A program made the position numbers and the translations under genes. A DNA stretch of 64,000 nt from assembly GCF_046292425.1 (NCBI RefSeq), contig NZ_JBKBQV010000001.1, forward strand, positions 52,175 through 116,174. Reading direction: 5' to 3'. Positions 53,503 to 63,309 of the stretch are shown here, piece by piece (positions within the stretch are counted from its first letter, which is position 1; the number at the start of each line of letters is the position of its first letter). This stretch comes from Sphingorhabdus sp. GTDB lineage: Bacteria; Pseudomonadota; Alphaproteobacteria; Sphingomonadales; Sphingomonadaceae. The notes beneath the pieces are model-generated. The model searched no databases. It saw nothing but the letters and a program-made list of their open reading frames with translations, and had not been told where the DNA came from.

Positions 53503-54546
53503 TCACTTAATTAAACGGCTGAGCGCTTGCGCGGTAAAGTCCACCATAGGAACAATACGCGCGTAATTCAGCCGTGTCGGACCAATCACGCCAACAACGC
53601 CGACCACCTTACCACCCGCCTCACGATAAGGGGCGGCGATGACAGATGATCCAGATAATGAGAAAAGATTATTTTCCGAACCAATGAATATACGCGTCGA
53701 TTGCGCCTCCCGCGCACTGTCGACCAGCCTTGCAATTTCCTCTTTGCTTTCCAGTTCATCCAGCAGTTGCCGCACGCGGTCAAGGTCTGCAGCTGCCGCA
53801 TCGTCAATCAGGTTCGACTGTCCGCGCACGATGAGCACTGGCCTGTCATTCGCATCCAGCGACCAAATTGCGAGGCCATCCCGAACGAGCTTCTGGCTTG
53901 CGGCATCAAGCTCTGCTTTCTCGGCACGAATCTCGTGGTCGAGCCGCACCAGAGCTTCAGACAGGGTCAGCCCCGATAGCCGGAACGAGATGTAATTCGC
54001 TGCCTCTACGAGCATGGACTCGCTGATAGCCGGGTCAATCGAAACAAGCCGGTTTTCCACGCTGTTATCCGAACCCACCATGATCGCGAGCACTTGTGTC
54101 GACGAAAGGCGTGCAAAGCTGAATGCCTTCAGGACGGCGTCACGCTTTGGCACCAGGACGATACCGGCGCAGGCAGATAGCCCTGATAGAACGGATGTCG
54201 CTGCCGCCAGCGCCTCTTCAATTGGGCCATCGCCACTGATCTGTGATTCAATCGCGCGCTGTTCTTCGGCGGAGGGTTCTGCTGATTGCATCATGCCGTC
54301 AACAAACAGGCGCAGACCGCTCTCAGTCGGCACGCGGCCAGCGCTGGTGTGCGGTGAGGCGAGATATCCCGCCTCCTCCAAATCCTGCATAACATTGCGG
54401 ATCGAGGCAGGCGAAAGGTTCAGGCCGGCAAATTTAGAGATTGTCCGCGAACCCACAGGCGCGCCATTGTCCAGATAGCTTTCAACTACCATCCGGAAAA
54501 TGATCCGCGTGCGATCGTTCAGTTCATTGATGGGGGTCTGGCTCAC
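53503..54546 (-). CDS. hrcA: Heat-inducible transcription repressor HrcA
   Basis: Track ORF 53503..54609 trimmed to the GTG at 54546, giving (M)SQTPINELNDRTRIIFRMVVESYLDNGAPVGSRTISK, the canonical HrcA N-terminus. The start choice is uncertain. Confidence 0.9.
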   Translation of the reverse strand: MSQTPINELNDRTRIIFRMVVESYLDNGAPVGSRTISKFAGLNLSPASIRNVMQDLEEAGYLASPHTSAGRVPTESGLRLFVDGMMQSAEPSAEEQRAIESQISGDGPIEEALAAATSVLSGLSACAGIVLVPKRDAVLKAFSFARLSSTQVLAIMVGSDNSVENRLVSIDPAISESMLVEAANYISFRLSGLTLSEALVRLDHEIRAEKAELDAASQKLVRDGLAIWSLDANDRPVLIVRGQSNLIDDAAAADLDRVRQLLDELESKEEIARLVDSAREAQSTRIFIGSENNLFSLSGSSVIAAPYREAGGKVVGVVGVIGPTRLNYARIVPMVDFTAQALSRLIK

Positions 54547-54629
54547 AAGTCGCAATGTAGCGCACCGCGCGCTTGCAAAGCAAGCGGGGCAGGCTATTGC
54601 AGCGATCAACCCGTTATCAGGAGAACATC

Positions 54630-55343
54630 ATGCGTCCATCCGGCCGTGCGCCAGACGAAATGCGCGCCATTTCGATAGAAACCCATTTCACTAAACATGC
54701 CGAAGGCAGTTGCCTCATCGGTTTCGGTGATACTCGCGTGCTGGTGACCGCCAGCATCGAAGACCGCCTTCCACCTTGGTTGCGCGGCAAGGGTGAAGGC
54801 TGGGTCACGGCAGAATATTCGATGCTGCCCCGCGCTACCCACACCCGCAGCCAACGCGAAGCGGCAAAAGGCAAGCAGTCCGGACGGACTCAGGAAATTC
54901 AAAGACTAATTGGCCGTTCCTTACGCTCCATAGTTGATCTCAAGAAACTTGGCGAACATCAGATCACCGTCGACTGCGACGTCTTGCAGGCCGATGGCGG
55001 CACCCGCACAGCTGCGATTTCCGGCGCTTGGGTAGCGTTGCGCCTTGCGGTTGATGGCCTGCTTGCGTCTGGCGCAATCAAGGAAGACCCGATTAGCGGT
55101 CGTGTTGCTGCCGTGAGCTGCGGAATCTTCAAGGGCACACCCGTTCTCGACCTTGATTATATCGAAGATTCCGATGCCGATGCCGATGCAAATTTTGTTT
55201 TGACGGAAGGCGGCCAGATCGCCGAAGTTCAAGCTACGGCTGAAGGCGCAACATATGATGAGGAAGGTTTGCTGCGTCTGCTTCGGTTGGCACGCATGGG
55301 AACCGACCGGATTTTCGCGGTTCAGGCTGAAGCGGTTAGGTAA
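54630..55343 (+). CDS. rph: Ribonuclease PH
   Basis: Trimmed to the ATG at 54630 (AGGAGAA upstream). Sequence [17 protein letters not shown]...[13 protein letters not shown]...TAEYSMLP. Confidence 0.95.
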   Translation: MRPSGRAPDEMRAISIETHFTKHAEGSCLIGFGDTRVLVTASIEDRLPPWLRGKGEGWVTAEYSMLPRATHTRSQREAAKGKQSGRTQEIQRLIGRSLRSIVDLKKLGEHQITVDCDVLQADGGTRTAAISGAWVALRLAVDGLLASGAIKEDPISGRVAAVSCGIFKGTPVLDLDYIEDSDADADANFVLTEGGQIAEVQATAEGATYDEEGLLRLLRLARMGTDRIFAVQAEAVR

Positions 55344-55353
55344 GTAGACGTTT

Positions 55354-55983
55354 ATGACTCACCGTAAACTCGAACCGGGTAAGTTGGTGATCGCCAGCCA
55401 TAACGCAGGCAAGGTGCGCGAAATTCGCGCCTTGCTTGCACCTTTTGGCATCGAACCCGTGTCCGCTGGCGAACTGGGTCTGCCTGAGCCTGAAGAAACC
55501 GGCACCAGCTTTGCCGAGAACGCATTGCTTAAGGCTCATGCCTCCGCGCAAGGGGCGGGCCTCCCCGCGTTGGCTGACGACAGCGGCCTGTGTGTTAAGG
55601 TCTTGGGTGGCGCGCCAGGGGTCTACACGGCCGATTGGGCGGAAACGCAGCCGTTCGAAGGCGGGCCAGGTCGCGACTGGTACATGGCGATGGGCAAGGT
55701 TGAGGGTAAGCTGGCCGAGCTTGGTCCCGGCACTGACCGAAGCGCGTTTTTCATTTGTACGCTCGCGGTTGCATGGCCTGATGGACATCATGAGGTCTTC
55801 GAAGGCCGCGTGCAAGGCAGCCTTACCTGGCCGCCACGCGGGACGCTGGGCTTTGGCTATGACCCTGTGTTCGTGCCTGAGGGACGAAGCGAAACGTTTG
55901 CCGAGCTTAATCCCGAAGAGAAACATGCCATGAGCCACCGGGCCGACGCGTTCCGCAAGTTGGTGGCGGCAGTATTCTCTTGA
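55354..55983 (+). CDS. rdgB: dITP/XTP pyrophosphatase (RdgB/HAM1 family)
   Basis: 209 aa with motifs [28 protein letters not shown] and SHRA. Confidence 0.9.
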   Translation: MTHRKLEPGKLVIASHNAGKVREIRALLAPFGIEPVSAGELGLPEPEETGTSFAENALLKAHASAQGAGLPALADDSGLCVKVLGGAPGVYTADWAETQPFEGGPGRDWYMAMGKVEGKLAELGPGTDRSAFFICTLAVAWPDGHHEVFEGRVQGSLTWPPRGTLGFGYDPVFVPEGRSETFAELNPEEKHAMSHRADAFRKLVAAVFS

Positions 55984-57173
55984 TCGCGGGCAGGTCAGGA
56001 AATCTGTTGCCCAGCCCCCTTGCCCTTTACATCCACTGGCCATTTTGCGTTTCGAAATGCCCATATTGTGATTTCAACAGCCATGTCCGCGAAACGGTAG
56101 ACCAAGCCTCCTGGTGCGCGGCGTTGCTGGCGGATATGGCGTATGAGGCAGCGCTGACGCCGGGCCGTAAGCTGACGTCGATCTTTTTTGGCGGTGGCAC
56201 GCCGTCGCTTATGCCACCGTCCACGGTTGCTGCACTGATTGAAGCCGCCGAACAATATTGGGGCTTTGCCAACGATATCGAAATCACCTTGGAGGCAAAC
56301 CCCTCCTCGGTCGAGGCCGCGCGCTTCGCAGACCTTGCAGCGGCGGGCGTCAACCGCGTGTCGCTTGGGCTTCAGTCCTTGGATGATGACGCTCTTGGAT
56401 TTCTTGGGCGCGCGCATTCGGTGGTTGAAAGCCTTAATGCCCTCACAATTGCCCAACGGCATTTCGGCAGGGTCAACATCGACCTGATTTACGCACGACC
56501 TGATCAGACGGCCAACCAATGGGAGGCCGAGCTCCAACGCGCCCTATCATTTGGCACAGACCATATGTCGCTATATCAGCTTACTATTGAGGCAGGTACG
56601 AGGTTCGAGACTTTAGTGCGCACTGGTCAGTTCGTTCCCGCCGATAATGATGATGCCGCGACTCTGTATGAATTGACCGGACACATAACGTTCGCCGCTG
56701 GTATCCCGGCCTATGAAATCAGCAACCATGCGCGCTCTGGCAGCGAAAGCCGCCACAATCTAAGCTATTGGCGTTATGATGATTATATCGGCATTGGTCC
56801 CGGCGCTCATGGACGTCGTCTCAACATCGCAACGCAACGTCATAAAAAGCCAGAGAATTTTCTGTCAGCCGTGGCGCGTAACGCGCATGGCATGGCTAGC
56901 GAGGACCAACTCGATGCCGCAAGTCGGGCCACCGAGAGCCTGTTAATGGGACTTCGCCTCGCCGAGGGTATAAGCCTAGTCCGATTATCGGAGCGGACAG
57001 CAATCGCCGCGAAGGACCTGCTTGACATCACCGCTGTCGAAAAGATTGCGCAGCTTGGACTGATCACCCTTGATGCCGATGGCGACCATGTAACGATAAC
57101 GCCACAGGGCATGCCGTTGCTGGACGCCATCTTGCCGCAGATAGTAAATATTGAGGCGGATGCCATCTCCTGA
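55980..57173 (+). CDS. hemW: Radical SAM family heme chaperone HemW (HemN-like)
   Basis: 397 aa, with a TTG start overlapping the rdgB stop. It has the radical SAM motif [16 protein letters not shown] and conserved hrcA-rph-rdgB-hemW synteny. Confidence 0.9.
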   Translation: MIAGRSGNLLPSPLALYIHWPFCVSKCPYCDFNSHVRETVDQASWCAALLADMAYEAALTPGRKLTSIFFGGGTPSLMPPSTVAALIEAAEQYWGFANDIEITLEANPSSVEAARFADLAAAGVNRVSLGLQSLDDDALGFLGRAHSVVESLNALTIAQRHFGRVNIDLIYARPDQTANQWEAELQRALSFGTDHMSLYQLTIEAGTRFETLVRTGQFVPADNDDAATLYELTGHITFAAGIPAYEISNHARSGSESRHNLSYWRYDDYIGIGPGAHGRRLNIATQRHKKPENFLSAVARNAHGMASEDQLDAASRATESLLMGLRLAEGISLVRLSERTAIAAKDLLDITAVEKIAQLGLITLDADGDHVTITPQGMPLLDAILPQIVNIEADAIS

Positions 57174-57194
57174 TAGATAAGGTCGCGAACCCAC

Positions 57195-58082
57195 ATGCCG
57201 TCCTTGCTTGCCGAATATCTAGCGTTCCTGACCGACAACCGCCGGATGTCGAAGCATAGCGTGCGCGCATATCACGCAACGGCGGATCGGTTAGCCGGAT
57301 TTCTTGGTTCCCATTGGGGCACGGAGGTCGACCGCGAAACGCTGCGCAAGATTACGTCTGGAGATATGCGGGCGTTCCTGGCCGACCGGCGCGGTGATGG
57401 CCTCACCAACCGATCCACCGCGCGCGAGTTGTCCGCCACGCGACACTTCCTGCGCTTTGCTTTGGGTGACGATGTTACCCTGCCGGTCATGAAGGGCCCG
57501 CGCGTGCAGCGCAGCCTGCCGCGCCCTGTTAACCCTGATGATGTTCTGGCACTCGCGGATGACGTGTCGGACAATGCTAAAGACGGCTGGGTCGGTGCGC
57601 GCGACTGGGCGTTGCTGCTGTTGCTCTATGGTAGCGGCTTGCGCGTGAGCGAAGCGACTGGCCTAATGGGCGACATCTTGCCGCTTGGCAGCACGTTGCG
57701 GGTGACCGGCAAGCGCAACAAGACGCGCATCGTGCCGTTACTAGAGCAAGTCCGGACCGCCATTCAGGAATATCTGGCATTGTGCCCTTACGCTGTCAGC
57801 ACGGACCAGCCGCTCTTTCGCGGCGCAAGAGGCGGACCATTGTCGCCTGCACTCGTGCGCCGCGCGGTTCAGGGCGCGCGCACGCGATTGGGTTTGTCAG
57901 ACAGTACCACCCCCCACGCCCTGCGCCACAGCTTTGCCACGCACTTGCTAGCGGGCGGAGCGGACTTGCGCAGCCTTCAAGAGTTATTGGGCCACGCGAG
58001 CCTGTCGTCGACTCAGGTCTACACCGCTGTCGACACCGCTATGCTTCTGGATGAGTATCAGAACGCACATCCAAGGGCTTAG
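57195..58082 (+). CDS. xerC: Site-specific tyrosine recombinase XerC
   Basis: 295 aa with motifs LLYGSGLRVSE, HALRHSFATHLL and LGHASLSSTQVYT. Confidence 0.9.
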   Translation: MPSLLAEYLAFLTDNRRMSKHSVRAYHATADRLAGFLGSHWGTEVDRETLRKITSGDMRAFLADRRGDGLTNRSTARELSATRHFLRFALGDDVTLPVMKGPRVQRSLPRPVNPDDVLALADDVSDNAKDGWVGARDWALLLLLYGSGLRVSEATGLMGDILPLGSTLRVTGKRNKTRIVPLLEQVRTAIQEYLALCPYAVSTDQPLFRGARGGPLSPALVRRAVQGARTRLGLSDSTTPHALRHSFATHLLAGGADLRSLQELLGHASLSSTQVYTAVDTAMLLDEYQNAHPRA

Positions 58083-58686
58083 ATGCAGGCTTAGCCTTCC
58101 ATCTCACGAGCCGCCAAACATATGTCACGACGATAGCAGCGATGACCAGAGTCGATACAGGCCCGAGCCATTTTTCGACGTCGTCGAACTGCGACCCTAA
58201 AAAATACCCGGCGCAGGCCAATGCAGCCGTCCACCCGGCGGTTCCAATCGTCGAAAATATTACAAAGCGCCGAAATGTCATACCAAACAAACCAGCCGGT
58301 ATCGAAATCAGCGACCGCAATGTGGGCAACATGCGCGCAACCAAGACGATGATGGAGCCATGCTTGCGAAACAGGCTCTGGCCGCGTTCAACCTCGTCCC
58401 AATCCAGTGTCAACCAACGGCTGTAGCGGTCGATGAAGATATGCATTCGCGCCTCACCGAATTTGGTGGCGACCCAATACCAAACCCAATTGCCAAGCAT
58501 CGCGCCTGCTGTACCTGCCGCAATAGTCCCTGCAAGGTTCATGTTCCCCCGCGCGGAAGAGACACCAGCCACGGTCATGATGATTTCAGACGGTATTGGC
58601 GGGAAGATTGTTTCCAGCAGCATCAGCAACGCGACGCCCCAATAATGGCCCCATTCGACAAAGCGGATAATCCAGTCTTCCATCAA
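58039..58686 (-). CDS. DedA family membrane protein
   Basis: 215 aa with the motif ETIFPPIPSEIIMTVAG. It overlaps the convergent xerC 3' end by 44 nt. Confidence 0.85.
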   Translation of the reverse strand: MMEDWIIRFVEWGHYWGVALLMLLETIFPPIPSEIIMTVAGVSSARGNMNLAGTIAAGTAGAMLGNWVWYWVATKFGEARMHIFIDRYSRWLTLDWDEVERGQSLFRKHGSIIVLVARMLPTLRSLISIPAGLFGMTFRRFVIFSTIGTAGWTAALACAGYFLGSQFDDVEKWLGPVSTLVIAAIVVTYVWRLVRWKAKPASKPLDVRSDTHPEA

Positions 58687-59645
58687 TAATCCTCTGATAA
58701 TCTGCGTTGGATCGCGTCGAGAATGCGCGATGGGGTGTCTGTGCCGTTGAACCGGTCGATTGCGACAATTCCCGTTGGCGACGTCACGTTAATTTCGGTC
58801 AGCCATTGACCGCCAATGACGTCGATGCCGACGAATATCAGGCCAAGCTCTTTGAGCCGTGGACCCATTGCGGCGCAGATTTCCAGTTCGCGTGGCGTCA
58901 GCTCTGTGGACTCTGCGCTGCCACCTACCGCGAGGTTGGACCGGAACTCGCCTTCGCCTGGACGGCGGTTGATTGCGCCGGTGACTTCACCATCGATCAT
59001 GACGATACGTTTGTCGCCCTTGGCGACGTCTGGGAGGAAAGGCTGCACCATATGCGGTTCGGGCCAGGTGTTGTTGAACACCTCAAACAATGCACCTAGA
59101 TTGCTGCCGTCTGCCTCAATACGGAAAATGGCTTTACCGCCATTGCCGTGTAATGGCTTTACGACCACTGCGCCATGCTGTTTCTGAAAATCGCGTACTT
59201 CGTCGGCGGAGCGCGTGATGATCGTCGGCGGCATATATTGCCTGTAATCGAGGACCATTACCTTTTCCGGCGCATTGCGGACGCTGGCAGGGTTGTTGAC
59301 CACCAATGTTTCATGCTCAATACGTTCAAGCAGGTGCGTCGCCGTGGTATAGCCGACATGAAAGGGCGGGTCTTGGCGCATCAGCACTACGTCGATGTCA
59401 GAGCCCAAGTCTATCTTATTAAGTTCGCCAAAACGATAATGTGCGCCTTCAACGCGCTGCACATCATGGACCGGGTGCGCCCAGGCCGTCAGCCGGTCAT
59501 TGGCGTCAAGCGTCAGCGAGCCAACATCATAGTGCCAGATGTCATAACCCCGGGCCTGCCCGGCAAGCATCAGCGCAAAGCTGGAATCGCCGTTGATGTT
59601 GATGCCGTCCATCGGGTCCATCTGGACCGCCATTTTGATTGCCAT
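58683..59645 (-). CDS. gshB: Glutathione synthetase
   Basis: Track ORF trimmed to the ATG at 59645 (MAIKMAVQMDPMDGINI). ATP-grasp motifs (VVKPLHGNGGKAIF, GEFRSNLAVGG). Confidence 0.9.
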   Translation of the reverse strand: MAIKMAVQMDPMDGININGDSSFALMLAGQARGYDIWHYDVGSLTLDANDRLTAWAHPVHDVQRVEGAHYRFGELNKIDLGSDIDVVLMRQDPPFHVGYTTATHLLERIEHETLVVNNPASVRNAPEKVMVLDYRQYMPPTIITRSADEVRDFQKQHGAVVVKPLHGNGGKAIFRIEADGSNLGALFEVFNNTWPEPHMVQPFLPDVAKGDKRIVMIDGEVTGAINRRPGEGEFRSNLAVGGSAESTELTPRELEICAAMGPRLKELGLIFVGIDVIGGQWLTEINVTSPTGIVAIDRFNGTDTPSRILDAIQRRLSEDY

Positions 59646-59655
59646 TCGCGAGTTC

Positions 59656-60006
59656 CTATCCGTGCCAGACATTTGGCAAATGATTGGGCCAGCGCCATGG
59701 CGCAACCATAATCACGTCAATCTGCATATTTTCACACTCTTTGCCATATTTGGGCAGCAGAATTTCTGCCGCGGCTGCCACGCGGCGTAACCGTGTCGCA
59801 TCAATTGCGGTGGCAAGGTCAACGGTCTTCGTCCGCGCCTTTACTTCTACAAAAGCGATGCTTTTGCCTCGCCGAGCGATCAGGTCGACTTCGCCACGCG
59901 GCGTTTTCACGCGTTCACCGACGATGCGCCATCCTTTGAGGCGCAGGAACCATGCCGCAATCGCCTCACCGCGCCGTCCGCGCTTTTCGGCGGCAAGACG
60001 GCTCAT
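59656..60006 (-). CDS. yraN: YraN family (UPF0102) endonuclease-like protein
   Basis: 116 aa. GEAIAAWFLRLKGWRIV...GEVDLIARRGKSIAFVEVKAR is canonical for the family. A 4-nt overlap links it to rsmI. Confidence 0.85.
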   Translation of the reverse strand: MSRLAAEKRGRRGEAIAAWFLRLKGWRIVGERVKTPRGEVDLIARRGKSIAFVEVKARTKTVDLATAIDATRLRRVAAAAEILLPKYGKECENMQIDVIMVAPWRWPNHLPNVWHG

Positions 60007-60833
60007 TTTGTCTTCAATTCCGTAGCGCGCGCATAAACTTCGCCACGTTCGAGGCCAAAGCGCTTGGCAATCGCGCCTGCTGCCTTCGCTGCCGACATGG
60101 TCTCCAGCGCCTCCTTAAGGGCCGCATCCACGTCGCCCGTTTCAGTGGCAACTTCACCCGCAGGCGGACCGACAATCAACACGATCTCACCCTTTGGTTC
60201 ATGCTCCGCATAACGCGCCGCCAGTTCCGCCGCAGTCCCTGTCACGACCTCTTCAAACTTTTTGGTCAGCTCACGCGCTACGGCGACTTCGCGGTCTCCA
60301 TAGGTGTCAGCGATAGCGGCCAAACTTGCCGCCAAGCGCGGGCCAGCTTCATAAAACACCAAGGTGGCCTTAACCTGCCCCAGCTCCATTAGGGTTGCCG
60401 TGCGTGCCTTAGCTTTATTGGGCAAAAATCCAGCAAAAAGAAATCGGTCCGTTGGAAGCCCACAGATAGACAATGCGGCGGTGACGGCACTTGCTCCGGG
60501 TATTGTGAACACCGGCACGCCAGCCTCACGTGCGGAGCGTACCAGCTTGTATCCGGGGTCGGAAATCAAAGGCGTTCCGGCATCTGACACCAATGCGACC
60601 ACAGCACTGCGTGCTGTCGCTACCAAGGACTCTCGATCTCCCTCATTACTATGGTCGTTGTAGCGACGCATTTTCTTTTTGATGCCAAGGTGATGCAGCA
60701 ACTTGCCTGTCACGCGGCTATCCTCAACAGCCACAATTTCTGCGGCTTTCAAGAGGTCGATTGCCCTTTGTGACATATCTGCAAGGTTGCCGATTGGGGT
60801 CGCAACGACATATAAGCCCGACTCGAACATCAT
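60003..60833 (-). CDS. rsmI: 16S rRNA (cytidine1402-2'-O)-methyltransferase
   Basis: Trimmed to the ATG at 60833 (MMFESGLYVVATPIGNLADMSQRA). It has the tetrapyrrole-methylase fold motif SDAGTPLISDPG. Confidence 0.9.
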   Translation of the reverse strand: MMFESGLYVVATPIGNLADMSQRAIDLLKAAEIVAVEDSRVTGKLLHHLGIKKKMRRYNDHSNEGDRESLVATARSAVVALVSDAGTPLISDPGYKLVRSAREAGVPVFTIPGASAVTAALSICGLPTDRFLFAGFLPNKAKARTATLMELGQVKATLVFYEAGPRLAASLAAIADTYGDREVAVARELTKKFEEVVTGTAAELAARYAEHEPKGEIVLIVGPPAGEVATETGDVDAALKEALETMSAAKAAGAIAKRFGLERGEVYARATELKTK

Positions 60834-60866
60834 AGGATGTATATGCTTCTTCCCAAGGAACCCAGT

Positions 60867-62033
60867 ATGAGCGCAACCATTGCCGCAACCAGCGAGCGGC
60901 CGCAAGCATTAGCAAGCCAGATCAAAAAGCTGTTCATTTTGGCAACAGTGATAATGCTGTCTGCCTGTAGCACGATACCACGCGGCAAGGGGCCGCCACC
61001 TGTAGTGACAGCCGACCCATCCGATGGAATGCACCGTGTCGCCTTGTTGCTGCCGATCACCGGGCCAGATGCAGACGTCGGCCAGTCCATCGCGAATGCG
61101 ACCGCCTTGGCGTTGACTGACACCAAAGCCACCAATATCCGCATGATCACTTATGATACAGGTCCCGGCGTTGCAGCGGCAACAAAGCGTGCCATTTCTG
61201 ATGGAAACAAGGTCATATTGGGACCATTGCGCGGCGACCATGTCGTCGAGGTGGCCGCTCTGGCTCGACCGGCGGGCGTTCCCATAATCAGTTTCTCGAA
61301 CGATGTGGGTGTTGCCGGACAAAATGTTTTTCTGCTCGGCCACTTGCCAAACCAGTCCATCGAGCGGGTGGTGCGTTACGCCAAATCGCAAGGGCACAAC
61401 CGTTTTGCAGGAATCGTTTCTGCCAATGTCTATGGCCAACGCGCGCAATCAAGCCTTAGTGCTGCGGTGCGCAGTGCTGGTGGCAGTCTGGTCGCCGTTC
61501 AGGAATCCAACGGTACCACAGCCTCGGCAGACGCAGCCGCCCGCCGGTTGGCCCAATTAGGTGACATCGACGCCGTGCTGATTGCCGACAGTGGTCGGGC
61601 TGCGATTGCAACTGTTCCGGCGCTGCGCCGCAATGGCTTGCGCACCGCGAAAATTCTCGGCACTGATTTGTGGAATATCGACGGCACGCTTGCGGGCAGT
61701 TCGCCCATGTATGGCGCATGGTTCGCCAGCGTATCGGACACTTTGTACACCCAATATGCGACGAAATATCGCGCGCGCTTTAGCAAGGCGCCCTTGCGGC
61801 TATCCAGCCTCGGTTATGACTCAGTCCTGTTGGTAGCGCGCATCGCCCGTGACTGGCGGCCCGGCACCAGGTTTCCTGTGGGCCAGTTGACTGATCCTCA
61901 AGGCTTCATTGGCGTTGATGGCGCTTTCCGTTTCAATGCGAACGGACTCACGGACCGGATGCTGGAGGTTCAGGAAATTCAGGCTGGCAAGTTCGTGACC
62001 GTAAGCCCCGCACCTAGCCAGTTTGCGAAATAA
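60867..62033 (+). CDS. Periplasmic-binding-fold lipoprotein, penicillin-binding-protein activator (LpoA/LppC-like)
   Basis: Trimmed to the ATG at 60867 (AAGGAA upstream). It has the lipobox MLSAC and a type-I periplasmic binding fold (RVALLLPITGP...). Its position divergent from rsmI-yraN matches the E. coli lpoA locus. Confidence 0.65.
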   Translation: MSATIAATSERPQALASQIKKLFILATVIMLSACSTIPRGKGPPPVVTADPSDGMHRVALLLPITGPDADVGQSIANATALALTDTKATNIRMITYDTGPGVAAATKRAISDGNKVILGPLRGDHVVEVAALARPAGVPIISFSNDVGVAGQNVFLLGHLPNQSIERVVRYAKSQGHNRFAGIVSANVYGQRAQSSLSAAVRSAGGSLVAVQESNGTTASADAAARRLAQLGDIDAVLIADSGRAAIATVPALRRNGLRTAKILGTDLWNIDGTLAGSSPMYGAWFASVSDTLYTQYATKYRARFSKAPLRLSSLGYDSVLLVARIARDWRPGTRFPVGQLTDPQGFIGVDGAFRFNANGLTDRMLEVQEIQAGKFVTVSPAPSQFAK

Positions 62034-62045
62034 GCTAAAGATATA

Positions 62046-62070
62046 GGGACCCCGCCATGTGCGGGGTTCC
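62046..62070. terminator. Hairpin between convergent lpoA-like and def genes (possible bidirectional terminator)
   Basis: GGGACCCCGC - catgt - GCGGGGTTCC (10-bp stem with one G-U pair). On the minus strand it is followed by a T-containing tract, CTATATCTTT. Confidence 0.5.
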
Positions 62071-62082
62071 AGCCACCACTAC

Positions 62083-62640
62083 TTAGTGGCGGCAATGTTC
62101 GCCGTGGACATGTCCGCCGCCCATCTTGCGGGCCTTTTCAATTTTCTTCAACACCATCTGACGCTTCAGGCGCGATAGATGATCGATAAACAATATACCC
62201 TCCAGATGGTCCATCTCGTGTTGTAAGCACGTCGCCATAAGGCCAGTCATGGTCTCTTCGTGCACTTTGCCGTCCAAATCCTGCCAACGTGCACGAATTT
62301 GCGCAGGCCGCTCAACCTCGGCATATTGGTCAGGCACCGACAGACAGCCTTCGTTATACAGACTATGCTCGTCCGACGGATCCAGGATTTCAGGATTAAC
62401 AAAAACGCGCGGCTTGCGAACGGGCTCTTCGCCTTCCCTCTCGTCTTCCTGCAGGTCGATAACCAGCAAACGCTTTGGCACACCCACTTGAATCGCCGCC
62501 AAGCCAATGCCCGGAGCAGCGTACATGGTTTCGATCATGTCATCGACGAGCGTCTTTAGATCATCGCCAAAGCTCTCGACGGGTTTAGAGATCGTTTTCA
62601 GCCGCGGATCGGGCACTTCAAGAATAGGTAAAATAGCCAT
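62083..62640 (-). CDS. def: Peptide deformylase
   Basis: Trimmed to the ATG at 62640 (MAILPILEVPDPRLK). It has motifs GIGLAAIQ, EGCLSVP and HEMDHL. Confidence 0.95.
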   Translation of the reverse strand: MAILPILEVPDPRLKTISKPVESFGDDLKTLVDDMIETMYAAPGIGLAAIQVGVPKRLLVIDLQEDEREGEEPVRKPRVFVNPEILDPSDEHSLYNEGCLSVPDQYAEVERPAQIRARWQDLDGKVHEETMTGLMATCLQHEMDHLEGILFIDHLSRLKRQMVLKKIEKARKMGGGHVHGEHCRH

Positions 62641-62671
62641 GGGTCGCAGATAGGGACGGTCTTTGGAGAAA

Positions 62672-63268
62672 TCAACCGACAGGACGTCGCGCGCGCAACG
62701 CTTGCGCCAAAGTGCCGTCGTCAAGATAATCCAGTTCCCCGCCCACAGGAACGCCATGCGCCAATTGCGTCAAGCGGATAGGAAATTGCTCAAGCCGTTC
62801 CGCCAGATAATGTGCGGTTGTCTGTCCCTCAAGCGTAGCGTTCATGGCAAGCACCACCTCATCAATACCGCCAGCAGCGATCCGGCTGACGAGTCCGTCA
62901 ATGTTCAAATCCTCTGGCCGCACGCCATCGAGAGCTGACAAGCGGCCACCCAGTACGTGATACTTCCCTGGAAAAAGCCGCGATCTATCCAGTGCCCATA
63001 GGTCGGACACATCCTCTACGACGCAGATCGAACGGATATCGCGGCGCGGATCAACGCAGATCCCGCAGGGGTTTCCGGTGTCGATATTGCCGCAAATGCT
63101 GCAAACAACAAGCCGCTGTTCCACATGCTCCAACGCGCGCAAAAGGGGCTGCAGTACGCTTTCACGCTTTTTCATCAGGTGCAGCACCACGCGCCGTGCC
63201 GACCGGGGGCCAAGCCCTGGCAATTTCGACAATGCCTGTGCCAATGCGTCTATTTCTTGCGATGCCAT
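62672..63268 (-). CDS. recR: Recombination protein RecR
   Basis: Trimmed to the ATG at 63268 ([26 protein letters not shown]). It has a Cys4 finger ([16 protein letters not shown]) and a Toprim domain. Confidence 0.95.
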   Translation of the reverse strand: MASQEIDALAQALSKLPGLGPRSARRVVLHLMKKRESVLQPLLRALEHVEQRLVVCSICGNIDTGNPCGICVDPRRDIRSICVVEDVSDLWALDRSRLFPGKYHVLGGRLSALDGVRPEDLNIDGLVSRIAAGGIDEVVLAMNATLEGQTTAHYLAERLEQFPIRLTQLAHGVPVGGELDYLDDGTLAQALRARRPVG

Positions 63269-63309
63269 GCGCTGGGTCTTAGGGGGCTTTCGAACAAAGG
63301 AAAAGTGAC

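Noticed and set aside
53414-54640. A search for a CIRCE element (TTAGCACTC-N9-GAGTGCTAA) near hrcA/grpE, and also upstream of dnaK.
   Set aside because: None is present. In alphaproteobacteria CIRCE is typically restricted to groESL, which is not in this window.
55336-56064. A 242-aa minus-strand ORF antisense to rdgB. Similar shadows occur at 44355..45026, 8354..8950, 42272..42874, 37762..38211, 60909..61448 and 26352..26912.
   Set aside because: All are embedded antisense or out of frame within confidently assigned genes. None has a recognisable domain, so I treat them as shadow ORFs.
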